A stretch of DNA of 64,000 nt from Gemmatales bacterium (GTDB taxonomy: Bacteria > Planctomycetota > Planctomycetia > Gemmatales > HRBIN36). Both the position numbers and the translations under genes were made by a program. This document shows positions 28,253-37,669 of the stretch, piece by piece. The first letter of the stretch is position 1; every line of letters starts with the position of its first letter. The notes below the pieces were generated by a model, which saw nothing but the letters and a program-made list of their open reading frames with translations, was not told the origin of the DNA and did not search any database. The DNA lies in assembly GCA_041640595.1 (NCBI GenBank), contig JBEPZY010000001.1, positions 192,001 through 256,000 of the forward strand, read 5' to 3'.

Positions 28253-31240
28253 ATGCTGCGGAAATGGGCTTTAGGCTTGGTTTGCAGCGGCATCATCCTG
28301 GGGTTGATGGTCATTGCCGAGCCGAAGGCGGTCGAGCCGCTGGCCTGGCAATGGGCAAAAGCAGCTCGCCTGGCTCCACCTCCGGTTGCTGTCCTTCTGG
28401 AACTGGGGCTGACCGACACCGAGCCTGCGGACTGGTCGGGACGTGCCACGCTGACCGGCGGGCGAATCGTTCACCGCGAGGGCTATCGTTTCCGCGACAC
28501 GGATGCCATTCAGGGCGATTCCTGGACTGCCCGCAGCAAACGCCCCATTCGCTTGCCGAAAGGGCAACCGGCATTGGCCCGGCTGGAAGGGATTGATAGC
28601 GTCGGAGTGGTTTTCCATCTCGCCGAGCTAAAGCCCGACGCCGAGTTATCCATCGAAATTCCTGGCCGAACGCCGGCTAAAGAAACCGTCAAGCTGAGTG
28701 AAGTCCTCGCCGGCAAAACAGTCCTGCTCTGGAATAAGTCGGCGGCGGTGCGCCTGCTTTCCACAGCCACACCCCTGGTGACCGAGGCGACCGAAGACGA
28801 TCATCCCGCCGCCTGCTATGCCCCGGACGGAAGCCTGTGGGTAGCTTATACCGCGTATCGTTTACGGCGACCGGATCGGCGAGTCGAGGCCTCGCCATTA
28901 AAGGAAATGCCAGCCCATTTCCGGGATTTCTATATCCCCGAAGCCGCCGACCAGGTTTTAGTCCGGTATCTGCGGCAGGGAAAATGGTCGGCTCCGATCG
29001 CGATCACCGGTCCGCAAGAGGATATAGTGCGTTGTGCGATTGCCGCGGATGTGGAAGGTCGCATCGCTGTTTTTTATAGTGCCCAGCGCCAGGGTAACTA
29101 TGATATTTACGTGCGCTGGCTGGAACCGAGCGACAAAAGCAAAACCGACTCGGAAAGCCCGCGACCTGGTCCGGAAATGTTAGTTTCCGAAGATAGTCCC
29201 GGCCCGGACTTAGCACCGGTGGCCTGTACGGATCAACAAGGCCGTATCTGGGTCGCCTGGCAAAGTTGGGACCGTGCCGGGAAATCTAGTGTACGTTTTT
29301 GCGCTTACGAAAAAGGCAAGCTGGTTCAGTCCGGTCGCCTGGCAACGAATCCCGCCGCCAATCAATGGTCACCCGCGATTGCTGCCGCAGCGGATGGTCG
29401 GGTCGCTATCGCTTTTGATGTGTACAACGGCGATTACGACGTCTATATAGCAGTTATCGAGGCGGGCAATATCAATTTTTATCCAGTTGCTACATCGCCG
29501 AAGTTTGAAGCGCGACCCAGCATTGTTTGGGATAATGCTGGCCGGCTCTGGATCGCTTACGAGGAGGGGACGGAAGACTGGGGCAAGGATTTTGGCGCGT
29601 TTGATACGGAAGGGCAACCGCTCTATGCATCGCGTTCGGTGCGGGTGGTGTGCTGGCAGGACGGCCGATTACTCGAGCCGGTTGCGGAATTACCCTCTTC
29701 CAAGGTCGAGCCGCCGAAAATGCCTTATGAAGCACTGGCTGCTGTGCGTTTTGAACGCACCCCGCGTTATTCCCATCCCCGTCTGGGCTTAGATACCCGC
29801 GGTCGCCTGTGGCTAACCTATCGCCAGAAATTCGGCACACGCTATTCCACGCATCCAGGCTCGTACTGGCTCTCCTACTTGCGCTGTTACGATGGCAAGC
29901 AGTGGTCGGAACCGGTCGAATTGCATCATTCGTGCAACCTCATGGAGAGCCGACCTGTATTGCTGCCGCATACCAACGGCGGGATATTAGTGGTTCATAA
30001 CACCGATGGCCGCTATACCACGCCAGATAAAGTCGGGTACGATCTCTATATAAACACATGCGACCTGCCAGGCTCATCGGTAGCAGCGGAATTACGGCCG
30101 CGCGCGCCCGGCACTAAAGATTTAGACGCGCATCGCAAGGAACAGGAGGCGGTCAGGCGAATCCGCGAATATCAAGTACGCGCCGGTGGTAAGCTATACT
30201 ATCTATTGCGAGGCGAATTTCACCGACACACGGAAATTTCCTGGGACGGCGGCCCGGACGGTTGTTTAGAGGACATGTTTCGCTATGCCATTGATGCCGC
30301 CAGTCTGGACTGGATAGGTAATGGCGACCACGATAACGGTGCGGGCCGGGAATATACCTGGTGGTTGACGCAAAAAATGACCGACGCTTACCATGTTGCC
30401 GGCGTATTTACTCCCATGTTCACCTACGAACGCAGCGTGCCGTATCCGCATGGGCATCGCAATGTCATGTTTGCCCGGCGCGGCATATTGACTTTGCCTC
30501 GCCTAGACGAACCGGATCCCGACAAACGTGTGGCCGGCGTTCATGCCGACGATACGAAGATGCTCTACCGTTATCTGCGGGAACTCGGAGGGATTTGTGC
30601 TTCCCATACCTCAGCAACCGGTATGGGTACTGATTGGCGCGATCATGATCCCCTGGTCGAACCGATTGTGGAAATTTATCAAGGGGACCGCATGAATTAC
30701 GAATATCCCGATTGTCCGCGGGCCGGTTATGATCCCAAATCGGGAAAGTTTCCTCCGCAAATTGGCGGCTGGCAACCCAGTGGCTATATCAACAATGCCT
30801 TAGCCAAGGGCTACCGGTTGGGCTTCCAGGCATCAAGTGATCATTGGTCCACTCATATTTCCTTTTTCGTCGCCCTGGCCGAACGCCGCGATCGGGAGGC
30901 GATCTTAGATGCGGCCCGAAAACGTCACTGCTACGCGGCTACCGACAACATTATCTTAGATGTCCGCAGTGGCACGCATATTATGGGCGATGAATGGGAA
31001 ACTATGCAACCGCCTATATTTCAGATCTATGTGCGCGGCACGGCAGCGATTAAGCAGGTGGACGTTATTCGCGATAGCCAAGTCGTTGCCACTCTCGATG
31101 GGGGTAAGTCCGAGGAACAGCGTCTGACCTGGACTGACCCCAAACCGGAGCGCAACCTGCATTATTACTATTTCCGCGTCATGCAAACGGACGGCGAGCT
31201 GGCCTGGAGCTCCCCGATGTGGGTGCATTATAAGCGTTAG
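28253..31240 (+). CDS. Large exported protein with propeller repeats and C-terminal PHP-like metallohydrolase (DUF3604-like)
   Basis: Signal peptide, DGSLWVAY/GRIWVAW repeats, GEFHRHTEIS.DG, DHD, GHRNV, SSDH and AWSSPMWV motifs. Confidence 0.65.
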   Translation: MLRKWALGLVCSGIILGLMVIAEPKAVEPLAWQWAKAARLAPPPVAVLLELGLTDTEPADWSGRATLTGGRIVHREGYRFRDTDAIQGDSWTARSKRPIRLPKGQPALARLEGIDSVGVVFHLAELKPDAELSIEIPGRTPAKETVKLSEVLAGKTVLLWNKSAAVRLLSTATPLVTEATEDDHPAACYAPDGSLWVAYTAYRLRRPDRRVEASPLKEMPAHFRDFYIPEAADQVLVRYLRQGKWSAPIAITGPQEDIVRCAIAADVEGRIAVFYSAQRQGNYDIYVRWLEPSDKSKTDSESPRPGPEMLVSEDSPGPDLAPVACTDQQGRIWVAWQSWDRAGKSSVRFCAYEKGKLVQSGRLATNPAANQWSPAIAAAADGRVAIAFDVYNGDYDVYIAVIEAGNINFYPVATSPKFEARPSIVWDNAGRLWIAYEEGTEDWGKDFGAFDTEGQPLYASRSVRVVCWQDGRLLEPVAELPSSKVEPPKMPYEALAAVRFERTPRYSHPRLGLDTRGRLWLTYRQKFGTRYSTHPGSYWLSYLRCYDGKQWSEPVELHHSCNLMESRPVLLPHTNGGILVVHNTDGRYTTPDKVGYDLYINTCDLPGSSVAAELRPRAPGTKDLDAHRKEQEAVRRIREYQVRAGGKLYYLLRGEFHRHTEISWDGGPDGCLEDMFRYAIDAASLDWIGNGDHDNGAGREYTWWLTQKMTDAYHVAGVFTPMFTYERSVPYPHGHRNVMFARRGILTLPRLDEPDPDKRVAGVHADDTKMLYRYLRELGGICASHTSATGMGTDWRDHDPLVEPIVEIYQGDRMNYEYPDCPRAGYDPKSGKFPPQIGGWQPSGYINNALAKGYRLGFQASSDHWSTHISFFVALAERRDREAILDAARKRHCYAATDNIILDVRSGTHIMGDEWETMQPPIFQIYVRGTAAIKQVDVIRDSQVVATLDGGKSEEQRLTWTDPKPERNLHYYYFRVMQTDGELAWSSPMWVHYKR

Positions 31241-31308
31241 GTGGTGGAAGTATTGGCACATCATCGGCCTGGTAATGCATAAGGTCTGTCCCGCAGAGTC
31301 GTGGTGCC

Positions 31309-31899
31309 GTGAATGCTGGCGGACGCCGGTTTCGCGTGGTGAAATTGGGCGGCAGTCTTCTGGACTGGCCGGGGTGCATTCCGCGTTTGCGAGCCTTTTT
31401 GGCGGAGTCGAAACCGCATTGTACGTTGCTTGTCGTCGGTGGCGGTGGGGCTGCCGATTGGATTCGCCGGCTCGATCGGATTCACCGTCTCCCCGTCGAG
31501 GCAGGGCACTGGCTGGCCATCGAAACCATGCGGCTGAATGCCGGGTGTGTGGCGTCGCTCCTGCCCGGCAGCCAGATCGTAAAAGAACTGGGCCAGTGTG
31601 AGCACGCCTGGTCGCAACAATTGTTGCCGATCCTCGACCCGGTTCCGTTTTGCCAATGGGATGTCACTCAGTCGGACGGTTTGCCGATCGGCTGGGAGGT
31701 AACCAGCGATAGTATCGCTGCCCAGGTGGCATGGCGCTGGCAGGCCGAAGAGTTGGTGCTCATCAAATCATGCCCGAAACCTTCGGGGGATTGGCAGACC
31801 GTTGCCCGAACCGGTGCGGTGGATGCTTATTTCCCGAATCTGGCCCAGCGCGTGCCAATCGTTCGCTGGCTCTGCTGGCGTGGTGAGAACGCTGAGTGA
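31309..31899 (+). CDS. Amino-acid-kinase-family protein (MfnE/orf21-like)
   Basis: VVKLGGSL, GGGGAADWIR, HWLAI..M and LP.GWEVTSDSIAA motifs. Confidence 0.7.
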   Translation: MNAGGRRFRVVKLGGSLLDWPGCIPRLRAFLAESKPHCTLLVVGGGGAADWIRRLDRIHRLPVEAGHWLAIETMRLNAGCVASLLPGSQIVKELGQCEHAWSQQLLPILDPVPFCQWDVTQSDGLPIGWEVTSDSIAAQVAWRWQAEELVLIKSCPKPSGDWQTVARTGAVDAYFPNLAQRVPIVRWLCWRGENAE

Positions 31900-32174
31900 A
31901 GCGGAATCGCCGGCAACCGATGATTTTCCGCGCGGCGACCGAGCCGGTAGGGCAGCAGGATCGGGGTAACGGTAGCCTGGGGCGGCATGTTCGGCTTCTG
32001 CGCTCGTTTTGCCGGTGTAGAGTGTTAGCGAGCGTCATCGCTCGAAAAAAGTACGCCAACGTTTCGAAACGGGGAATGGTACGCTGAGGGATGAACCTCT
32101 CGTTCACGGTTCGGAAAAGAAGAACTACCGGGGCCATTCAGGAACAGTCAACCGTCTGGCGGAGAGTGGGTCGT

Positions 32175-33230
32175 TCACGGTTCGGGAAAAACTGTGATAG
32201 TCAGGGAGGTTCGCCACTCCTGGCCCGGCTGCAGGATTCGCAAGCCGCTGGCAACACCGCGTTGGTGGAGATTGATCGCATCGGTGACGCAGGTGTACGG
32301 CTCGATGCAAACCGCCTGGCGATGTGGTGGCACAAAAAGCACCAGGTCGCGGAAATGCGGTTCGGTCTGGATACGGATGGCGAAGTGCCGTCGGCGGTCG
32401 CGGAGCAAAACGACCAGCGGAGCGTTTTCCGTCGCCGGGAGGAATCGGAAGGCATCATCCCAGGCCGGGAGCGGTTCGGTGGTGCAAGGGTCGAGCAATT
32501 GCCGATCCTGGACTCGCAGCGGCAGGAGTCGGCCCGTCGGAATCAGGTCGGTCAGTTCCCAGCGTCGTAATTCTGCTCCGGCGTGCCGGGCACTTTCGAC
32601 AAGCACCTGGGCATCGTCAGCAGGTACGGCGAAATACGGATGAAAGCCCAGGCCGAACGGTAACGGAACAATATCGGGGTTGTACACAGTCACCTCGGCG
32701 GATAGCTCTACGCTCGGGCTGGGCTGATTGCGTTCGCGGAGTTGCCAGGTCAGCGTAACGGTGAAATCCGCCGGCCACAAGGAAAGCCGGTCTGGTGCGT
32801 GCTGCGATAACCGAAACTGTCCGGTAACTTGCGATGGCGAACCTTGCTCCGTCGCCCGAAGTAACGTCCAGGGCCGGTCAGCAACGAAACCGTGAATGGC
32901 ATGGCGTTGCTGCGGGTCGTTGATCGGCAGGCGATATTCCCGACCCGACCAATGATAGACCCCGCCGCGGATGCGATTCGGAAACGGGAAAAGCACGGGG
33001 ATGCCGAAGCGGAACGGGGATAGCGGTTCGGCACCCGGTGCGAGGCTGGCGGAGGTCTCGCACGAACCGCCCGGCCAGAGGATTTCCAGAGCCTGTCCGC
33101 TCAGGCGGGTGAACCAGCGGGCACAATTGAAACCGCAGTCTATAAGCACGTCGGCCTGGCTGCGAGCCGAAACCGATCGCAGCGTCTGGCTCAGCTTGCC
33201 AGGAAAACACCAGTGCCGGGAAGCGCTCAT
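32175..33230 (-). CDS. Aldose 1-epimerase family protein
   Basis: GIPVLFPFPNRI, HAIHG, GFHPYF and VCIEPYT motifs. Start overlaps the rfbB stop. Confidence 0.85.
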   Translation of the reverse strand: MSASRHWCFPGKLSQTLRSVSARSQADVLIDCGFNCARWFTRLSGQALEILWPGGSCETSASLAPGAEPLSPFRFGIPVLFPFPNRIRGGVYHWSGREYRLPINDPQQRHAIHGFVADRPWTLLRATEQGSPSQVTGQFRLSQHAPDRLSLWPADFTVTLTWQLRERNQPSPSVELSAEVTVYNPDIVPLPFGLGFHPYFAVPADDAQVLVESARHAGAELRRWELTDLIPTGRLLPLRVQDRQLLDPCTTEPLPAWDDAFRFLPATENAPLVVLLRDRRRHFAIRIQTEPHFRDLVLFVPPHRQAVCIEPYTCVTDAINLHQRGVASGLRILQPGQEWRTSLTITVFPEP

Positions 33231-34303
33231 GGCAGTGCGGACGCCGGAAGCTTGCTGCTATCGGGCGGGGGAGCGGGCCAGCCAGGGGATTGTTCCAATC
33301 GCTGGCGGTAATGCAGGTCGTAGAAGCGACGGTATTCGCCGTGGCGAACCTGCTGGAGCCAGTCGCGGTGCTCCTGATACCAGGCGATAGTTTGCCGCAA
33401 ACCCTGCTCGAAAGGTATGGTCGCACGCCAGCCGAGTTCGCCCTCGATTTTGCTAACATCCATCGCGTAGCGGCGATCGTGACCGGGACGGTCTGCGACG
33501 AAACGAATCAGCGAAGTCGGTTTGCCCAGTTCCCGACAAAGAAGCAAGGCGATTTCCAGGTTGGTTTTTTCGCAACGGCCACCGATGTTGTACACTTCGC
33601 CAATGCGTCCAGCTTCCCACACACGCCACAGGGCCCGGCAATGGTCGTGCACGTGAATCCAGTCGCGCACCTGCTGACCGTCGCCATATAGCGGCACCGG
33701 CTGGTCGTCGAGTAACTGGGTAATGGCCAGCGGAATGAATTTTTCCGGGAACTGGTACGGCCCGTAATTGTTGGAACAGCGGGTAATGATGACCGGCAAG
33801 CCGAACGTGTGAACGTAACTGCGCACGAGCAAATCGGCAGCGGCTTTACTGGCGGCGTAAGGACTGTTCGGCGCCAGCGGCGTGGATTCAGTAAAAGCGC
33901 CGGTCGGCCCCAGCGAACCGTACACTTCGTCGGTGGAAACGTGAATAAACCGCTCTACGCCGAACTCCCGAGCGGCGTCGAGCAGTACCTGGGTGCCGAG
34001 CACATTGGTGCGAATGAAAGGCGTGGCGTCGTAAATGCTGCGATCGACATGGGATTCGGCAGCGAAGTGGAAGACGCTGTGGACTCCTTCGCAAAAGATG
34101 CGCCGCACCAGTTCCCGGTCGGCTATGTCGCCGCGGATAAACACGTGTCGGGGATCGGCCAGCACGTCGGCGAGATTGGCCAGGTTGCCGGCATAGGTCA
34201 GGGCGTCGAGATTGAGGACGGTGATGTCCGGGCGCTGCTGCAGCGTCAGCCGGATGAAGTTGCTGCCGATAAAACCGCAACCGCCGGTGACCAGAATGCG
34301 CAT
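33227..34303 (-). CDS. rfbB: dTDP-glucose 4,6-dehydratase
   Basis: GGCGFIGSNF, AAESHVDRS, STDEVYG, YAASK, SNNYGPYQFPEK and DRPGHDRRY motifs. Confidence 0.95.
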   Translation of the reverse strand: MRILVTGGCGFIGSNFIRLTLQQRPDITVLNLDALTYAGNLANLADVLADPRHVFIRGDIADRELVRRIFCEGVHSVFHFAAESHVDRSIYDATPFIRTNVLGTQVLLDAAREFGVERFIHVSTDEVYGSLGPTGAFTESTPLAPNSPYAASKAAADLLVRSYVHTFGLPVIITRCSNNYGPYQFPEKFIPLAITQLLDDQPVPLYGDGQQVRDWIHVHDHCRALWRVWEAGRIGEVYNIGGRCEKTNLEIALLLCRELGKPTSLIRFVADRPGHDRRYAMDVSKIEGELGWRATIPFEQGLRQTIAWYQEHRDWLQQVRHGEYRRFYDLHYRQRLEQSPGWPAPPPDSSKLPASALP

Positions 34304-34430
34304 CGTCGACGGCCCTAAAATGGCAGGTGATGATCGGAGTGTTCGCCAGTAGCTGTGATCAGCGTAGCAAGATCCGTGCCTGCGGGCAATCGTCCTGTAG
34401 CAGAAGTGCGACCAAAATCTGGCCGTTTTC

Positions 34431-34459
34431 TTGACGCCTGGCTAGCCATTTCTTACACT
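34431..34459 (+). promoter_or_regulatory. Candidate sigma70-type promoter for the HU/IHF gene
   Basis: TTGACG-17 nt-TACACT, about 90 nt upstream of the start. Confidence 0.55.
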
Positions 34460-34550
34460 GAACGCGCTTGCTAACGGTACTGAAAAACGGCTCCTGATTT
34501 GTCAGGTGCTAGGAAAAGGTTATCCGTGAGGCTGGGATAGGAGTACGCTG

Positions 34551-34925
34551 GTGACCAAGAAAGAGATTGTCAAACAGATTGCCGACGAAATTGGACTGAC
34601 CCAGACGCAGACGAAGCAGATCGTCCAGAGAACCTTCGACCTGATCATCCAGACGCTGATGGAGAGCGACGATCATCGTATCGAACTGCGGAATTTCGGC
34701 GTGTTCGAGGTGAAGTTGCGCAAAGGTCGGCAGGCGCGCAATCCGCGCACCCGTCAACCGGTAACTGTTCCTGCCAAGCTGGTGGTCACCTTCAAGCCGG
34801 GCAAAAAGATGTCAGAACTGATTGGCCGGCTCAATGTGAGTGATTTCCGACTCGAGCCGGAGCCAGGGCATTCCATCCGCGAACCGATCACTGCGACCGA
34901 ACCGGTGCTCTCTTCGCAGCCGTAA
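34551..34925 (+). CDS. HU/IHF-family DNA-binding protein
   Basis: [28 protein letters not shown] and FKPGK motifs. Confidence 0.92.
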   Translation: MTKKEIVKQIADEIGLTQTQTKQIVQRTFDLIIQTLMESDDHRIELRNFGVFEVKLRKGRQARNPRTRQPVTVPAKLVVTFKPGKKMSELIGRLNVSDFRLEPEPGHSIREPITATEPVLSSQP

Positions 34926-35171
34926 ACCGCTGAACCGATCGGGTGTTCCGACGCTGACCGAGCGTGCCGAACCGGATGCTGAAGGAGCGCTGATAGCCTA
35001 ATGGCAGACGACGGTGTCGTGCCGGAGCTGCCCAATTGATCCGCATCGTCGGCAAACTCCGCAAAATCGTTCAAGTTTATCCCGGCGTTTGCCGATCATG
35101 TAATGGGCAGCCGAGTCGGAGCCCGCACGAAGGGAGTCTGACCGGTTGGCCGGGAAGTCGGGAGGGTGCGG

Positions 35172-35387
35172 ATGCGAATCACCATCTGGTTGCTGACGGG
35201 ACTGTGTCTGGCCAGCCAAACAGGGTGTTTGCTCAATATCTGGTCCAGCGATCCCGACCGACGTATGAAACAAATGATGACGGTCTCGGAAAATCTGCGT
35301 ATGATTGAAGAGGAGTGGGAACGTTTCTGGTTGATCGATCAGCCGTCGCATCTGACGCCGAATCGGACGCACGGGGGGATTCAGTAG
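35172..35387 (+). CDS. Small putative lipoprotein
   Basis: GGAGG RBS, hydrophobic leader ending TGC, and C-terminal EWERFW..DQPSHLTP.R.HGGI. Confidence 0.7.
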   Translation: MRITIWLLTGLCLASQTGCLLNIWSSDPDRRMKQMMTVSENLRMIEEEWERFWLIDQPSHLTPNRTHGGIQ

Positions 35388-35423
35388 GCTGGGCATCGGG
35401 GAACGCATAACAGGGAGCGACGC

Positions 35424-36308
35424 ATGACAATTCTGGGGCGTATCTTTGCCGTGCTGAACTTCTTTATGGCTCTGGTATTCCTGGGTTTCGCCTTCAGCGT
35501 CATGTCGTTGATCAAAGACCCGCGTACTGGGCGAAGCTGGTACGAAGTTTCGGAAGGTTATCGGCAGCAGGTCGAGAGTTTGCAGAAGGACCTGGCTTCC
35601 CAGAAGGAGACGCTGGCCCGGCGGGAAGGCGAATTAAAGAAGGAGCTCGCCGACCGCGAGAGCAAACTCACCGAGGCAGAAAAGCAACTCGCCACGGAAC
35701 GGGGGCTTCGTGAAAAAGCGGAAAAAGAGGCTCAGGATTTGACAAATCGCTTCAAGGAAAGCCAGGTGCTCCTCGAACAGTTGACCAAAGACCTGGATCG
35801 GCGGAGCCAGGAAACGGCAGAACTCAATAAGCGGCTGACCCGTGCTTTGGCGGAAATCACCGAGCGATTGCGGGAAACGGAACTGGAGCGGAATCGTCGC
35901 GTGGTAGCGGAACAGGCTCGGAAGGTGCTGGAAGCGCGAGTAGGGCAGCTCGATCAGGAAGTAGGGCGGTTGCAGTCGGAACTGGAAAAGGAACGCTCGC
36001 AAGCACTGGCTGCCGAACCCAGAGCCGGTTTTGTCGCACCGCGTCCACCTCCGTTTGATGTGCGGGGCCACATTTTGAAAATTGGTCAGGACGGGCTGAT
36101 TGAGATTTCGATCGGCAGCGATGCCGGCTTGATGCGGAACCACACCCTGGAAGTCTTCCGACTGGACCCGAGCCCGGATTACATCGGGCGTGTGGTCATT
36201 CGGGAGGTGGAACCACATCGTGCGGTAGCCCAGTTCCTGAATCGGGAGCAGGCGAAGAAAGCCCGCGTGGGTGATCAGGTGGCCAGCCGCGTGCTCGCCC
36301 GACAGTGA
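35424..36308 (+). CDS. Membrane-anchored coiled-coil protein with C-terminal beta domain
   Basis: N-terminal TM helix, long E/K/R/L heptad region, and IEISIGSDAGL...LEVFR. Confidence 0.7.
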   Translation: MTILGRIFAVLNFFMALVFLGFAFSVMSLIKDPRTGRSWYEVSEGYRQQVESLQKDLASQKETLARREGELKKELADRESKLTEAEKQLATERGLREKAEKEAQDLTNRFKESQVLLEQLTKDLDRRSQETAELNKRLTRALAEITERLRETELERNRRVVAEQARKVLEARVGQLDQEVGRLQSELEKERSQALAAEPRAGFVAPRPPPFDVRGHILKIGQDGLIEISIGSDAGLMRNHTLEVFRLDPSPDYIGRVVIREVEPHRAVAQFLNREQAKKARVGDQVASRVLARQ

Positions 36309-36464
36309 TTCTCGCTGCACTTGCCGCCAGCCTCACAAATGCCAGCGGCCACCTGGCCAAACTCACCATGTCATCGAGCCACAACGTGACTGGCAGCGAA
36401 TCAGCATAAAGTCGGCCGGGAATTTCTCCGGATTGTATCTGCTACCGGGGCGGGAGAAACGATC

Positions 36465-36656
36465 ATGCCGCGAACCGATGAGGGTTACGAGCCGAAACCA
36501 CGCAACGATGCGTACACGATCCTGATGCTCATTTCGCTGCTGGCCATGATTGCCGCGTGTGCCATTTTGTACTTTGAGTTGCGTAAATATCCGCCGGGTC
36601 AGCTTGTGCCACCCGAAACCTACGGTCCGAAGCCATCCGGCCGCCCAATCCGCTAA
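36465..36656 (+). CDS. Small single-TM protein
   Basis: GGAG RBS and PRNDAYTILMLISLLAMIAACAILYFEL..YP. Confidence 0.65.
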   Translation: MPRTDEGYEPKPRNDAYTILMLISLLAMIAACAILYFELRKYPPGQLVPPETYGPKPSGRPIR

Positions 36657-36785
36657 ACGCCAGCGCTTCGCTTCCTCCGACGTTTTTTTGTTACGAAGCC
36701 ACTGCGAACTAACGTCTGTCGCTCCTGGTCATGTGCTCGCCAGGCGCTATGCAATCGTTTTCCGCTGCTAATGTGCCGTTGTCAC

Positions 36786-37447
36786 CCACGGCGGGCTGAC
36801 GCCCGCTGCTCTCTGCGTTCCTCAGTCGCCGATTAGCGCCTGATTTTACCGCTCAGGGCTGGCTTCACACACCACGGCGGGCTGACGCCCGCCTTGCTGG
36901 ACGAAAGCGTTCGCAATTGCAACTGCGTTACTCACACCCACGGCGGGCTGACGCCCGCCGCTCTTGTGAACGTGCGTTTGTGTACCGCGAATGTCGTCAT
37001 TCTTCCGGCGGACGGTCGTTGCAACAGCGCCAGGAGCGGGGGGCGTAAGCCCCCCGTGGGGACTATTAACGCGAATGCAACAGGCATCCGCACATACACT
37101 GTCGGCGGTCTGCCGAACAGGAGCGCTTGTGTCGGCGCAAACGTGTTTCCCACACCCACGGCGGGCTGACGTGTGTCGCTCTCTGCGTTCGCCAGTCGCC
37201 GATAGGGGCCTGATTTTTACCGCGCAGGGCCGGCTTCACACACCACGGCGGGCTGATGCCCGCCGCTCTTGATGACGACGGTCGTTGCTCACGACGAAAT
37301 CGTTTCCGGTTGCAAGTGCGTTACCCGTGCGAACGGCGGGCTGATGCCCGCCGCTCTTGGTGCGTGTTCGGCTGTGCATGGCAAATTGCGCATTTCGCAG
37401 CGAACAAACGTCGTGCACCAGGAGCGGCTGACGTAAGCCAGCCGTGG
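36786..37447. repeat. REP/BIME-like cluster 2: eight palindromic units
   Basis: Minus-strand copies at 36786, 36872, 36938, 37156, 37243 and 37333. Plus-strand copies at 37033 and 37421. Internal ~110-bp direct repeat (36784-36893 and 37154-37264). Confidence 0.85.
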
Positions 37448-37669
37448 GAAACCTTGCGTATTCATCGGCACGAAACGCGTATTTGCCACAACATCGGCGC
37501 ATGCAGTTTGGAGCGGCTGGCGCAGTTGTGCTGGTTTTTGCGTGTGATGACGGCAAGCCGAGCGGCAACTTTCATGGAGAGGCCGACGGCAGTGCCTCAG
37601 GCCAGCAGTAACTAACGAGGGCAGGAGTTGCCCATAGTGGTCAAGCGACGCCCGTTTTGAAACGATGAT

